Of a stretch of DNA of 64,000 bases, positions 50,282 through 61,854 are shown piece by piece. The DNA is taken from positions 63,240,001 to 63,304,000 of the forward strand of contig OZ241829.1 of NCBI GenBank assembly GCA_965202585.1, written 5' to 3'. A program made the translations under genes and the position numbers. The stretch comes from Thalia democratica. Lineage: Eukaryota. The notes beneath the pieces are model-generated. The model made no database searches. It was given only the letters and a program-made list of their open reading frames with translations, and was not told the origin of the DNA. Position 1 is the stretch's first letter; each line of letters begins with the position of its first letter.

Positions 50282-53158
50282 GTTTAAGAGAATGTATTCT
50301 AAGCTGTAATAAGCAGTTTTTATTTTAGATAATTTTGAAAACTATACCTTTAATAATTAAGATTTTTATATGCAATCCGCTATAAGATATTTAAAACAAA
50401 ATTTTAATTTTGAAGTTTTTTTCAAACTGAATAGAACTATAAAAAATAACTACTTTACTGAGAATGTACTTGATTTACCTCAAAAAAAACACTTCATAGC
50501 TTTGAACAAATAGTTTTAACTAACATATTTGCTTCTGAACATTGCAAGACAGATCAACTTGTGGTTTTGTTAACACATCAAAATACTTGAGAGTTTAAAC
50601 TATTGATTTTACAAGAAGTAACGTTGCGGCTTGTTTAAATCCCTTTTTTTTAAGTTATACGCTTTAAATGATGTTTTCTTAGCAAGCTTAATTCTAAACT
50701 ATTCTAAATCTTCACTGACTTAAAATTTTAATTTAAAAAAAACTAATCACCGAAATAAATATGCTGTAAATATTAGTAGTTTAATTGAAGTAGTAAACAA
50801 ATTTATAAACTATATTCTCTGTAACGATAACTTTTGGTTCTTGTTATTGAATTTTTGATGTTTGTTTACAAACTAAGATTTGATTTGAAAAAAGTATTCT
50901 TAAAACAAAAGTCTTTGTATAGATAAGTAATATTACAGCTAAAAACTAACACAGTTAAGTTTTGCTTATTTTTATAAACATTTTCAATAATGTTTAGTAG
51001 CATAATTTTGATTTTTTTGTAGTCTAAGTTTTATTTTGTAGTTTTATTTTGTATATAAAGCATAAGTCTGTATACAAAAAATAACCATAAACTTCAAAAA
51101 GTTTTGAAATTAACGTAAAAAACTAGTATTAAATTGATTATATTTTAATTTTCAGATAAAACAACTTTCAATTCTTGTAATTCCTTACCAACTTATTAGT
51201 AAAAAGAAACTGAGCTCATGCGATGAAAAAATATCGGTACTAAAACACAAAACTTTCTATACCCAGCTTTACTCTAAAGTAAATTCTCGCCTAAAAAAAT
51301 TCATTAAACCGAACAAAAAAAGCGTGATAAAATTTAAAACAAAAAATAATTAAAACGAACAAAAAAAGCGTGTTGAAAGTTAAAACACGCTTTTTCTTTT
51401 TCCAATTGATTAAGGTAAACAAACAAAATTGTGGAGATGTGAAACTGCTTGCATGTTGAGGCGAAGACTTGTGTTGACTTTATTAAATATTCATATTGAT
51501 TTTCTCTGTTTTATTGTTGGCAACCGACTGACTCTTGGATGGTGTCAACTGTTAAAGTAGAAGTTAATAAATCACGATCAGAATACTTGTCAATAGATAA
51601 AATATTTTTTTTCGGTTGTTTATTTTTTTCAGAGTGAACTCGGAAATGACCTACCCAATTGACAATTTGTGATTATATACGATTAGTTTTCAAATGAGTG
51701 TTTCTCATTGGTGAAATTTAAGTGAAAAGTTAAGTAAAAAATACATTAAATCAACTTTATCTTTGTCAGTAATTTATGATTGAGATTCTTGTTGATGACA
51801 TAATAAAATTCAAAGTGTTTTGAAGTTTGTAAATAAAGAGTAAATTTTAAAATATAAACTTTAATCTATTCTTAAACTATATTTTAATTTTTTAAAAGTT
51901 TTAGTTTTTATTGTTTTAAAATTTTATGAAAATGTTAATAAAAACATTTCAATAAATATAAATTTTGATATTAAATTCAAGTCATAAGTAGATAAAGTGT
52001 AATGTTTTGATTTTTAGTATTTTTTTAGCAGCACATTTAATTTTTAAGCAACTTGTAAATTTTAAAACGTGTCCGGTCTTTTTGTTTTTTTAACACAAAA
52101 AATATTATTTTTATTATTTATTTACTAAAAATGATATTTAAATGTTGTAAATATATCATTTTTGTATAATTTCATTTATGTTTTATTTTAGACTTTACTT
52201 TTTTATCATTTTTAATTCTAATTTGAATTTTAGTTAGTTCTTCTCCATATTATTAGTGTTTTATTAGAAAAGATTTAACGATTATATGTTTCAAAATTAT
52301 TATGTACAAAAATTTTAAATCTAAATTGAGTAATTTATTGAACAACTTAAACCTTGGTTAAATAGTCATGTATTAAAACGGGTTAAATTATTCTTGAATA
52401 AGATTTGATTAACTTACACTAACCTTGAAATTCTGATTTTTTTATTAATACCTAGTTTAAACTTTAAAAATTACGTTCATGTGGACTGCATTTAACCCTT
52501 AATAGGCAGAGGACCCCAACCGAGTCTTAATTAAAACTTAAATTGAATAAATAAAATGATAAAAAATGTTTACATAGTTTGTTATTAGTTTGTTTTGTAA
52601 TATCTTTACGTGTTATATTTTATACCCTCAGTCATATAAAAAGAATTAATAGGCGTATTTAAGTGCTAGTTTTGCTTTAATATTGTTCTTATATTACATA
52701 CGGTTATAAAAAACACAAAACTATATTCTAAAATAAAAAGAACTGCGAGTTTTTTAAGGCAAATAAAAATTATAAAGCGAAATTGCGAAAAATATGCTAA
52801 AACTTTAGATAAATCAAAGTGTTTTTATACTTTTCATTCTATCCAGATTCTTTAAACTGCAAAAGTTTTTTGTACACCAAGTCCTTGGACCAAACTTTTC
52901 AAGATTATCTTTTGTTGTTAAATAAATAATAGTTCAATTTTTATTATACAAAATAACTTATGACATTCATAACTAATTGCAAATAATTAATTTAAGTTAG
53001 TGCTTGACTATTTTTGAAAATGATTCAACTAACAAACTTATTGGTGCAATTAAAATTTTCTCGTAGTTTGATATATATATTTTTATAAACATAACAGCTG
53101 TTTTGAAATTTTATAGAGCTTTATTAAATAAAAACAAATGTTTAAGCACTGCTTTGGT

Positions 53159-53201
53159 TTATTACCGGTTTCGGTGGGCCTTAGCCGACCTTTTCAAATA
53201 A
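53159..53201 (-). ncRNA. Minimal type I hammerhead ribozyme (U3-A8 variant) at the 3' end of the left PLE arm
   Basis: Exact reverse complement of 58040-58082. Confidence 0.75.
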
Positions 53202-53465
53202 TTTCAAAACAGTAAATAACATTTAGACATTGGCAGTAATGTGAATCTGAACTCATTGATGCGTAAAAAAATAAATAAACATTAACTATTCAAATTTTAA
53301 TGAAAAATGCATAATAAGGTGAACTAAATATTGGTATTAATTAATAAATAAAAATAAAAGAAATTAAAAAACTAAATGCAGTAATATAAACGGAAACACA
53401 ACAAATTCTTAACAAAATTCTGAAAAAACTAACGGATGATTAAAATGCTAAAAATATTTAAATTA

Positions 53466-55637
53466 TTAGGTTTTAGACTCATTCCAATAGAATAATAAAA
53501 ATTTGTTTCTGTGCCTGCAAGAGCTCATTACTTCTGATCTTTTGTTAATACAGTTCTTATCTGCTTGTAGGATCTTTAATGCTTCTTTCAAGCACAACCT
53601 GCACGTCTCGATTCTCGGTCTTGATTCATATTCTTTTTCCAGTATTGTCCAAGTCAATTCATAATTCTTATTTTCGTTCTTCAATGTGTGGATGTATTTT
53701 GATAGCTCAGTTGCTTGTTTGTATTGAATATAATTTTTATCTTCTGGGTTGCTATTTATTGTCGTTCTGTGGGTTGCCACTCTTTTTTTAAATTGGTTGG
53801 CGCTTAGACCAATATATGATTTAGTTGCATTGTCAGTTTTTACTGTGGCTTGGTATATGACATTTTTTGCTCTACAGTTACCGCCTTTCAAAGGACATTT
53901 CTCTTTGTTTCTACAGTTACATGTTTCATCTTCATCATTCTTGTTGCAGTTTGTGAGCTTCTTGTTATGATTCTTTATGATTGTCTCAATGTTTGGCAAA
54001 CAGCTGTAACTTAATTTGATGTTGTTCTTATTCAAGTATTTTTTGAATTTACTGTCTACTCCGAAGTATTTGTTTATTATTTGGAGAAATTTCTTGCCAA
54101 TGTTTGTTTTTATTGATTTGCAGTATGGTGGATTAAACCATATTATTTTTCTTTTTCTTTTTCTAGGCTGTTTCTTTTCATCATCTTCATCTTTGAACTT
54201 TATTTTGTAATTATAGCCACTTAACTTTATTGCGTCATTGTAATCTTTACTTATTTCATTGAATAGATTTTCATTGCTAGAATTTTTGGAAAGTCTTTCT
54301 TCTATCATTTTTGGGATTTGTTTCAGTATTGCTGGAGGGTGGTTGGACTTTGAATTAATATATATAATTTTGCTGTTTTCTTTTCTATATGGTTGGAATG
54401 TGTGGTTGTATAGATTGAAGCTTAAGTCTAGATAGTTAATTTTACGTGAAGGATTTTCAATATCTAACTTTATTCCCATTTCTTTTGATATGTTGTGCAT
54501 GGATTTTTTAATTTTCTCTATATCAACATTACTTTTGTTTTTTTCTATGACCATTAAGCCATCGTCGCGGTACAATCCTGTTGTTAGGTTTGGGAGCGCA
54601 TTCCTGAGTTTATGAAGTATATAGAGACCTACTAGTTCGCATATTTCCGCTCCATGCTTACCTCCCATGGTGATGTCGAAAAGTTCATTCTCTTCTGTGT
54701 TACTCTTTCTTTTTACCCATACTTCTTCTTTGTTATGTAATACAGATTTAGATGCGTTTAAGATGATCTTAATTTCTTGTTCGCTTACTTTTGTACTTTC
54801 TTTTGCAAAAGCTAAGGCTTTACTTAATAGCTTTTCTGATATAGATGGGTAAAACTCCACAATGTCAAACTTCATGAACTTGTATTTGTGTTTTTTTAGT
54901 TTTTTGTACCAGTTTAAGACTTCTTGGGAACTTCGCCACTGTAGGTATTTGGTTGATTTTCTTAATACATTGTTGATTCTGTCAATTATACATTTGCTAA
55001 TTTGACCTATGTCTGAATAGCTAGGATTTATTAATCTTGTTTTGGGATTGCTGGCGAAATCCTTTTTGTGGTCTTTTAGCGTTATATAGCATTGTTGCTT
55101 AGGTAAGTGGTTTACTAATTTCTTTTCAAGTTTTAGATTTGTTACTATTTTTTTGGCTTCTTTATTTATCTCATTCATAACTGTTTTGTCACTTTTTTTA
55201 TATGATTTTCGGATCGATTTTAGTAATAGGCTGTCGTATTCTAATTTAGGAATCTTGTAGTAGTTGTTTGTCTTGTCGGCTGGTACTATTAGGCTTTTGG
55301 TTTTGCCTATTTGTCTTAAGTCTTTTTGAAGCTCTTGTTGGAATTTGTCTTTAGATTTTCTAAATTTAACTTGATTAATTAGATCGAACATTTCATTTTC
55401 AAAATTCTTGAGTTCTTCAGGTTGCTTAGGTGTGAATTTTGATTTGAAACCATATGTCTCTTTATTTTCTATCATGTCTGTGCTATCTTCATCATTGGTG
55501 CAGAAGTAAAGTTTGATTCTAATTCGTCTACAGAAACTTCTAATTTTTTCCATTAACTTTATTTTGTATTCTATCTTATTGCATAAAGGAATGTTCTTAG
55601 TTGAATAATTAAAATTCAGCTTTTCATATGCTGCCAT
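53466..55637 (-). CDS. Penelope-like RT + GIY-YIG endonuclease, full-length intact ORF (~723 aa from first ATG)
   Basis: DIVEFYPSI, ITMGGKHGAEICEL, YRDDGL, YLDL, HPP, WFNPPY, CNC..C zinc motif, VIYQAT...YIGLS. Confidence 0.95.
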   Translation of the reverse strand: MAAYEKLNFNYSTKNIPLCNKIEYKIKLMEKIRSFCRRIRIKLYFCTNDEDSTDMIENKETYGFKSKFTPKQPEELKNFENEMFDLINQVKFRKSKDKFQQELQKDLRQIGKTKSLIVPADKTNNYYKIPKLEYDSLLLKSIRKSYKKSDKTVMNEINKEAKKIVTNLKLEKKLVNHLPKQQCYITLKDHKKDFASNPKTRLINPSYSDIGQISKCIIDRINNVLRKSTKYLQWRSSQEVLNWYKKLKKHKYKFMKFDIVEFYPSISEKLLSKALAFAKESTKVSEQEIKIILNASKSVLHNKEEVWVKRKSNTEENELFDITMGGKHGAEICELVGLYILHKLRNALPNLTTGLYRDDGLMVIEKNKSNVDIEKIKKSMHNISKEMGIKLDIENPSRKINYLDLSFNLYNHTFQPYRKENSKIIYINSKSNHPPAILKQIPKMIEERLSKNSSNENLFNEISKDYNDAIKLSGYNYKIKFKDEDDEKKQPRKRKRKIIWFNPPYCKSIKTNIGKKFLQIINKYFGVDSKFKKYLNKNNIKLSYSCLPNIETIIKNHNKKLTNCNKNDEDETCNCRNKEKCPLKGGNCRAKNVIYQATVKTDNATKSYIGLSANQFKKRVATHRTTINSNPEDKNYIQYKQATELSKYIHTLKNENKNYELTWTILEKEYESRPRIETCRLCLKEALKILQADKNCINKRSEVMSSCRHRNKFLLFYWNESKT

Positions 55638-55793
55638 TGTCACTTTGTGTCAATTGAAGGTGGCTCAACTATTATTAGGGGCCTTGCTGTATTATTGAAA
55701 TTGACTGCAAAAAAAGTGCTCAACTTACACAATGTAAAGAGCTAAATATAATAAAAACAAATGTTTAAGCACTGCTTTGGTTTATTATTATTA

Positions 55794-57775
55794 TCAAATC
55801 AAAATTCACACCTAAGCAACCTGAAGAACTCAAGAATTTTGAAAATGAAATGTTCGATCTAATTAATCAAGTTAAATTTAGAAAATCTAAAGACAAATTC
55901 CAACAAGAGCTTCAAAAAGACTTAAGACAAATAGGCAAAACCAAAAGCCTAATAGTACCAGCCGACAAGACAAACAACTACTACAAGATTCCTAAATTAG
56001 AATACGACAGCCTATTACTAAAATCGATCCGAAAATCATATAAAAAAAGTGACAAAACAGTTATGAATGAGATAAATAAAGAAGCCAAAGAAATAGTAAC
56101 AAATCTAAAACTTGAAAAGAAATTAGTAAACCACTTACCTAAGCAACAATGCTATATAACGCTAAAAGACCACAAAAAGGATTTCGCCAGCAATCCCAAA
56201 ACAAGATTAATAAATCCTAGCTATTCAGACATAGGTCAAATTAGCAAATGTATAATTGACAGAATCAACAATGTATTAAGAAAATCAACCAAATACCTAC
56301 AGTGGCGAAGTTCCCAAGAAGTCTTAAACTGGTACAAAAAACTAAAAAAACACAAATACAAGTTCATGAAGTTTGACATTGTGGAGTTTTACCCATCTAT
56401 ATCAGAAAAGCTATTAAGTAAAGCCTTAGCTTTTGCAAAAGAAAGTACAAAAGTAAGCGAACAAGAAATTAAGATCATCTTAAACGCATCTAAATCTGTA
56501 TTACATAACAAAGAAGAAGTATGGGTAAAAAGAAAGAGTAACACAGAAGAGAATGAACTTTTCGACATCACCATGGGAGGTAAGCATGGAGCGGAAATAT
56601 GCGAACTAGTAGGTCTCTATATACTTCATAAACTCAGGAATGCGCTCCCAAACCTAATAACAGGATTGTACCGCGACGATGGCTTAATGGTCATAGAAAA
56701 AAACAAAAGTAATGTTGATATAGAGAAAATTAAAAAATCCATGCACAACATATCAAAAGAAATGGGAATAAAGTTAGATATTGAAAATCCTTCACGTAAA
56801 ATTAACTATCTAGACTTAAGCTTCAATCTATACAACCACACATTCCAACCATATAGAAAAGAAAACAGCAAAATTATATATATTAATTCAAAGTCCAACC
56901 ACCCTCCAGCAATACTGAAACAAATCCCAAAAATGATAGAAGAAAGACTTTCCAAAAATTCTAGCAATGAAAATCTATTCAATGAAATAAGTAAAGATTA
57001 CAATGACGCAATAAAGTTAAGTGGCTATAATTACAAAATAAAGTTCAAAGATGAAGATGATGAAAAGAAACAGCCTAGAAAAAGAAAAAGAAAAATAATA
57101 TGGTTTAATCCACCATACTGCAAATCAATAAAAACAAACATTGGCAAGAAATTTCTCCAAATAATAAACAAATACTTCGGAGTAGACAGTAAATTCAAAA
57201 AATACTTGAATAAGAACAACATCAAATTAAGTTACAGCTGTTTGCCAAACATTGAGACAATCATAAAGAATCATAACAAGAAGCTCACAAACTGCCACAA
57301 GAATGATGAAGATGAAACATGTAACTGTAGAAACAAAGAGAAATGTCCTTTGAAAGGCGGTAACTGTAGAGCAAAAAATGTCATATACCAAGCCACAGTA
57401 AAAACTGACAATGCAACTAAATCATATATTGGTCTAAGCGCCAACCAATTTAAAAAAAGAGTGGCAACCCACAGAACGACAATAAATAGCAACCCAGAAG
57501 ATAAAAATTATATTCAATACAAACAAGCAACTGAGCTATCAAAATACATCCACACATTGAAGAACGAAAATAAGAATTATGAATTGACTTGGACAATACT
57601 GGAAAAAGAATATGAATCAAGACCGAGAATCGAGACGTGCAGGTTGTGCTTGAAAGAAGCATTAAAGATCCTACAAGCAGATAAGAACTGTATTAACAAA
57701 AGATCAGAAGTAATGAGCTCTTGCAGGCACAGAAACAAATTTTTATTATTCTATTGGAATGAGTCTAAAACCTAA
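55794..57775 (+). CDS. Penelope-like RT + GIY-YIG, 5'-truncated second copy
   Basis: Identical to the minus-strand protein from KSKFTPKQ onward except K/E, T/I and N/H. Confidence 0.92.
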
Positions 57776-58039
57776 TAATTTAAATATTTTTAGCATTTTA
57801 ATCATCCGTTAGTTTTTTCAGAATTTTGTTAAGAATTTGTTGTGTTTCCGTTTATATTACTGCATTTAGTTTTTTAATTTCTTTTATTTTTATTTATTAA
57901 TTAATACCAATATTTAGTTCACCTTATTATGCATTTTTCATTAAAATTTGAATAGTTAATGTTTATTTATTTTTTTACGCATCAATGAGTTCAGATTCAC
58001 ATTACTGCCAATGTCTAAATGTTATTTACTGTTTTGAAA

Positions 58040-58082
58040 TTATTTGAAAAGGTCGGCTAAGGCCCACCGAAACCGGTAATAA
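58040..58082 (+). ncRNA. Minimal type I hammerhead ribozyme (U3-A8 variant) at the 3' end of the right PLE arm
   Basis: Stem I UUAU/AUAA; core UUGAAAA; stem II GGU-C-GGC(UAAG)GCC-C-ACC; GAAA; palindromic stem III ACCGGU; cleavage triplet GUA (after 58078). Confidence 0.75.
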
Positions 58083-60005
58083 ACCAAAGCAGTGCTTAAA
58101 CATTTGTTTTTATTATATTTAGCTCTTTACATTGTGTAAGTTGAGCACTTTTTTTGCAGTCAATTTCAATAATAGAGCTTTATTAAAAAAAATTTAAAAC
58201 GTAAAACATATAAATTAAAAAAAAATCTTTATTAATGCTGAAACCTAAAACAAAAACATTCTTCTAATACTGTACTATAAATTTGCTCATTATTTGAAAA
58301 AAAAACATTTTCTAAGAGTTTTTTAACTACTAAATTTGAACAAAATCAAGCATTTATATTTGATATAATTAAGTTTATTTATGAAGCTTAATAATCATAC
58401 TTATTTTACACATAAGTACAACAATAAATATTGTTAAACTCAATTAGAAATAGCTTGTTTTGAACTAATACACTAACCTTCCACTTAAGTACGAATAACT
58501 TCGGTACGCACTTTTTAGCCGAAAACTGCTGTGTTCAAAATGCAATATTTTTACTTTGAAATAAAAAAACAAATCTAAAAGTATTATATTGTAAAACTAA
58601 TTATACTGTATCAAGTTTAGATAAAACATAACTAAAGGAGCCAGAAAAAAGTTATGAACTTACAAAGTGTATACTAAATCAAACATTTAAAACAAAAACA
58701 GTGCAGTTTATTAAACGAAAATGAGGAACAGTGCAACTTAAATTTGCACACCCCATGATTAAAAGATGAAAAATATTTTTTTGAAAGATAGTACAAATTT
58801 TATATTTAAAAATAATCAATTAAATTTTAAATACCCAATGATTGAAAAATAAATGTAAAAAGCATATGAAAAACGATATTTATGAAAATAAAGAACATAG
58901 CAACTAAAGTTTGTTTAAAACTAAGTGCTTTTAAAACATGTCTATTAGTTTAGCTTGTCGTTTGGTTTAGCAGAAACTTTTTGTTGCTCGCTATGGAAAT
59001 CAAAATCTACAATAATCACCTTTTCTTCTTTAGAGCAACCACCATTTTATCCTTTACTATTGTGTAGACTACCAAGACAAACAGTTTAAACGCAATAAAT
59101 TGATAATGATAAGTAGGTAGGAGTAAAACTGTAAAACCTCAAATAAGCTTTTTTGAGTAAACACAAGTTAACAAAAACATAAGCAATATTTTCAGAAATA
59201 TTTATTTATTAAAGAATTATAACTAACTATACTATGCAATTGTTAAAGGTACAAGGAAATAACAGACACACTAAAAAATTTTGTGATTAAAAAACAAATG
59301 TACACATAAAGTCTGAAAACTGCTAAATCTTTAAACAAATCTTCTAAATCTTTAAATTATGCTGAAAGTTTTTGTTTTGGGGGATTTTAGAGTAATAATC
59401 AACTGTAAACTTTAGTGGCTTTTAACAATTTTGTGTTAGGTTAATTAAAGATAATAAAAGACCAAAACTTATTGGGTAAGCAGTAGGCATTGCCGGTTGG
59501 GTACGCACTTTTGCGCTGTGTTCAAAATGAGTACCTAAGTGAGAGGTTACTGTATTACTCTAATCCTCAATTAACTTGGAGTTGCATTTTCGAAAATACT
59601 ATAAACTTTCATGTATAAAAAATTTTTTACATATTTATAATAACAATCCTTGATTCTTTATTTATCTGACGACAGTTTAAAAAACGTCACAAAACATTTT
59701 TACTGTATCCGATAAAGATTTACTAACTATATTTTTTTATAAATCATACTATTTCAATAATGAGGTTTGACACAATTCTTTTTTTTATAGGTGAGTAGAA
59801 ATTTGTAAGAAACTTCGGTAAACGTTTGTTGGTAAAACTAATAAGTAATTTAATCAACCGTTGGTTTAATTTTGAGATTTAGCTTCGTCCATAGTTCAAT
59901 TTTCAAAGCAGTACCTTTCCTCTATAAATCAAGAGAACTTTTTAAAGAGTTTAATAATTATTTATCTGGCCAGTCTATTGTTAAAGTGCTTGGGTCTTTA
60001 GGTTT

Positions 60006-60007
<2 letters not shown>

Positions 60008-60049
<42 letters not shown>
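60008..60049. repeat. (GTT)14 microsatellite
   Basis: Direct read; paralog of 11064-11132. Confidence 0.97.
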
Positions 60050-61854
60050 AGTCAACGCATTTAAATATTTGCTGTGTATCGTTCTACATCAATAAGTAGT
60101 AATAAATAACTATAAGTTTGTTGTTTAAAACTTTGCTTTATATGTTAATGTATAAATTTTGTATATATCATATTAAAACATGTTTTTTTCTTTGTTTTAA
60201 ACACAATGAACTTTTTGTGTTGTTTTTATGGTTTATTTTTTTAATTATTTCGTTATGTGTCTTTTTTCTGTTTAAAGGTTCTAGATTTTGATGCATAGGT
60301 CCATCATATGGACAATAAACTTACAATAATAATAACAATATAAAAACTTATGTAATATTTTTATTATTTTTTGTGCTACTTCTGCTATTAAGCCTATAAA
60401 AAGTCCTTCGGCAATTGGAGGTCATTTACCTAAGTATACGGAATGCTACAAGTATTATAATGATAATATATTTAAAACTTTTACTAAAGTATGTATTATA
60501 TTTCACTTCAGTTATAAGAATCCCTTATTATAAAAACATTTAAGACAAAGTTGTGAAAACAAAACTTTGTTTAATTTTACACCACTGATTTGCATAAATT
60601 GTAATATATATCATTTTTTTCAATTTTAATATTATTTAAACTTTTTACTTAGTTTAGTTTAAAAACTTTTTTTTAATTGCGTAAGCATATTTTATTGTAG
60701 ATGATCAGAAACTTTAAGTTTTTTATAATATAGTTTATTCCTTTCTATGTGTACATCAACTAAATTCTGATAGTAATATATTACTTCAAACGTTTTCATA
60801 GCAGATTTTTTAATTTTAGTTTATATAATTTTTAAACATGTATGTATATATGTTATTGTAATACCCTTTTACCATCTTAAGTTTCTATTTACTTGCTTAT
60901 GCTTAAAAAAGTATAGTTTGTTTAATTTTACCGATTTCTTAACTAAACAGTATTTATTTTACATTTTTAATTTAAACTAGTTATGAAATATCTATTATCA
61001 AGCTTTCATAAACATTAAAAATAAATTCTTTATTTTAGCTTTAATTGTACACAAAGATTGTAAAAAAGGGTGTTTCAAATTTTTTACTTTAATAATAAAT
61101 GCAAAGTATATGTCCTTAATCTTAAACAATTATTTAATGATTTTTGTGAGGAAAAAAAGAATAAAATTACGTCAATAAAATATCGATGTATAATTTTTAA
61201 TTAATTTCAAACTATCTTTTTTCAAAACAACACGTTTTAGAAAACGCAATGGAAAATGCATTTATTATAAATGATCTTATGAATGCAATGCTGACTGCAG
61301 TAGAAGAAAACTTGTCAGCAAACAGTTTAAATGCTATTCAGCAGCAAACTAGCTTTGAAAAAGCGAATGAGATTGTTGTATATAATAATGACGTACCAAC
61401 TCAAACTTTTGAGCTTTGTAGTGGAAACAAAACTGAGTCTAATTTGAAAAATGAGTTTGAGTTCTTAAATGTTCCTTCGTTGGTACAAAACGAAAGGAAA
61501 GACAGCCTTATAACGGAGAACTTTGATGAAGTTAAAAATGTGGATGCTTCTTTCAAAATGGTGATTGACTCCACTGAAAACAATGAAGTGGAAAACAACA
61601 TTCCTGAAAACGAGCAACAATATGACATTGTTTCTATTGATGCAGGAAAAGACTGTCTAAGGAGTGTAAAAGCTGAATCAAGCATTGAAGTTTCTACTGA
61701 GCTAGGAAAGCAAAGAAACTTTGACATGGGAGATAACGATGCACAAGTTTCTGTAAAGAAAAACAATGAGGTAATGAAACTTGGAAGTGAAATGTTAATT
61801 GATAATAAATTATCTGAAAAAGACAAAAATATTGAAGAAGTGTTTAGTTTTAGC

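Larger units (their letters stand above)
53127..58171. mobile_element. Head-to-head inverted pair of Penelope-like elements within one 14-bp TSD
   Basis: TSD ATAGAGCTTTATTA at 53113-53126 and 58172-58185; single at the empty site ~9246-9259 in copy A. The 2,321-bp arms are 53127-55447 and 55794-58114, with a 346-bp spacer. Confidence 0.95.

Noticed and set aside
53579-57662. Small antisense ORFs within both PLE arms
   Set aside because: Shadows of the Lys/Asn-rich RT ORF. Duplicated only because the arms are inverted copies.
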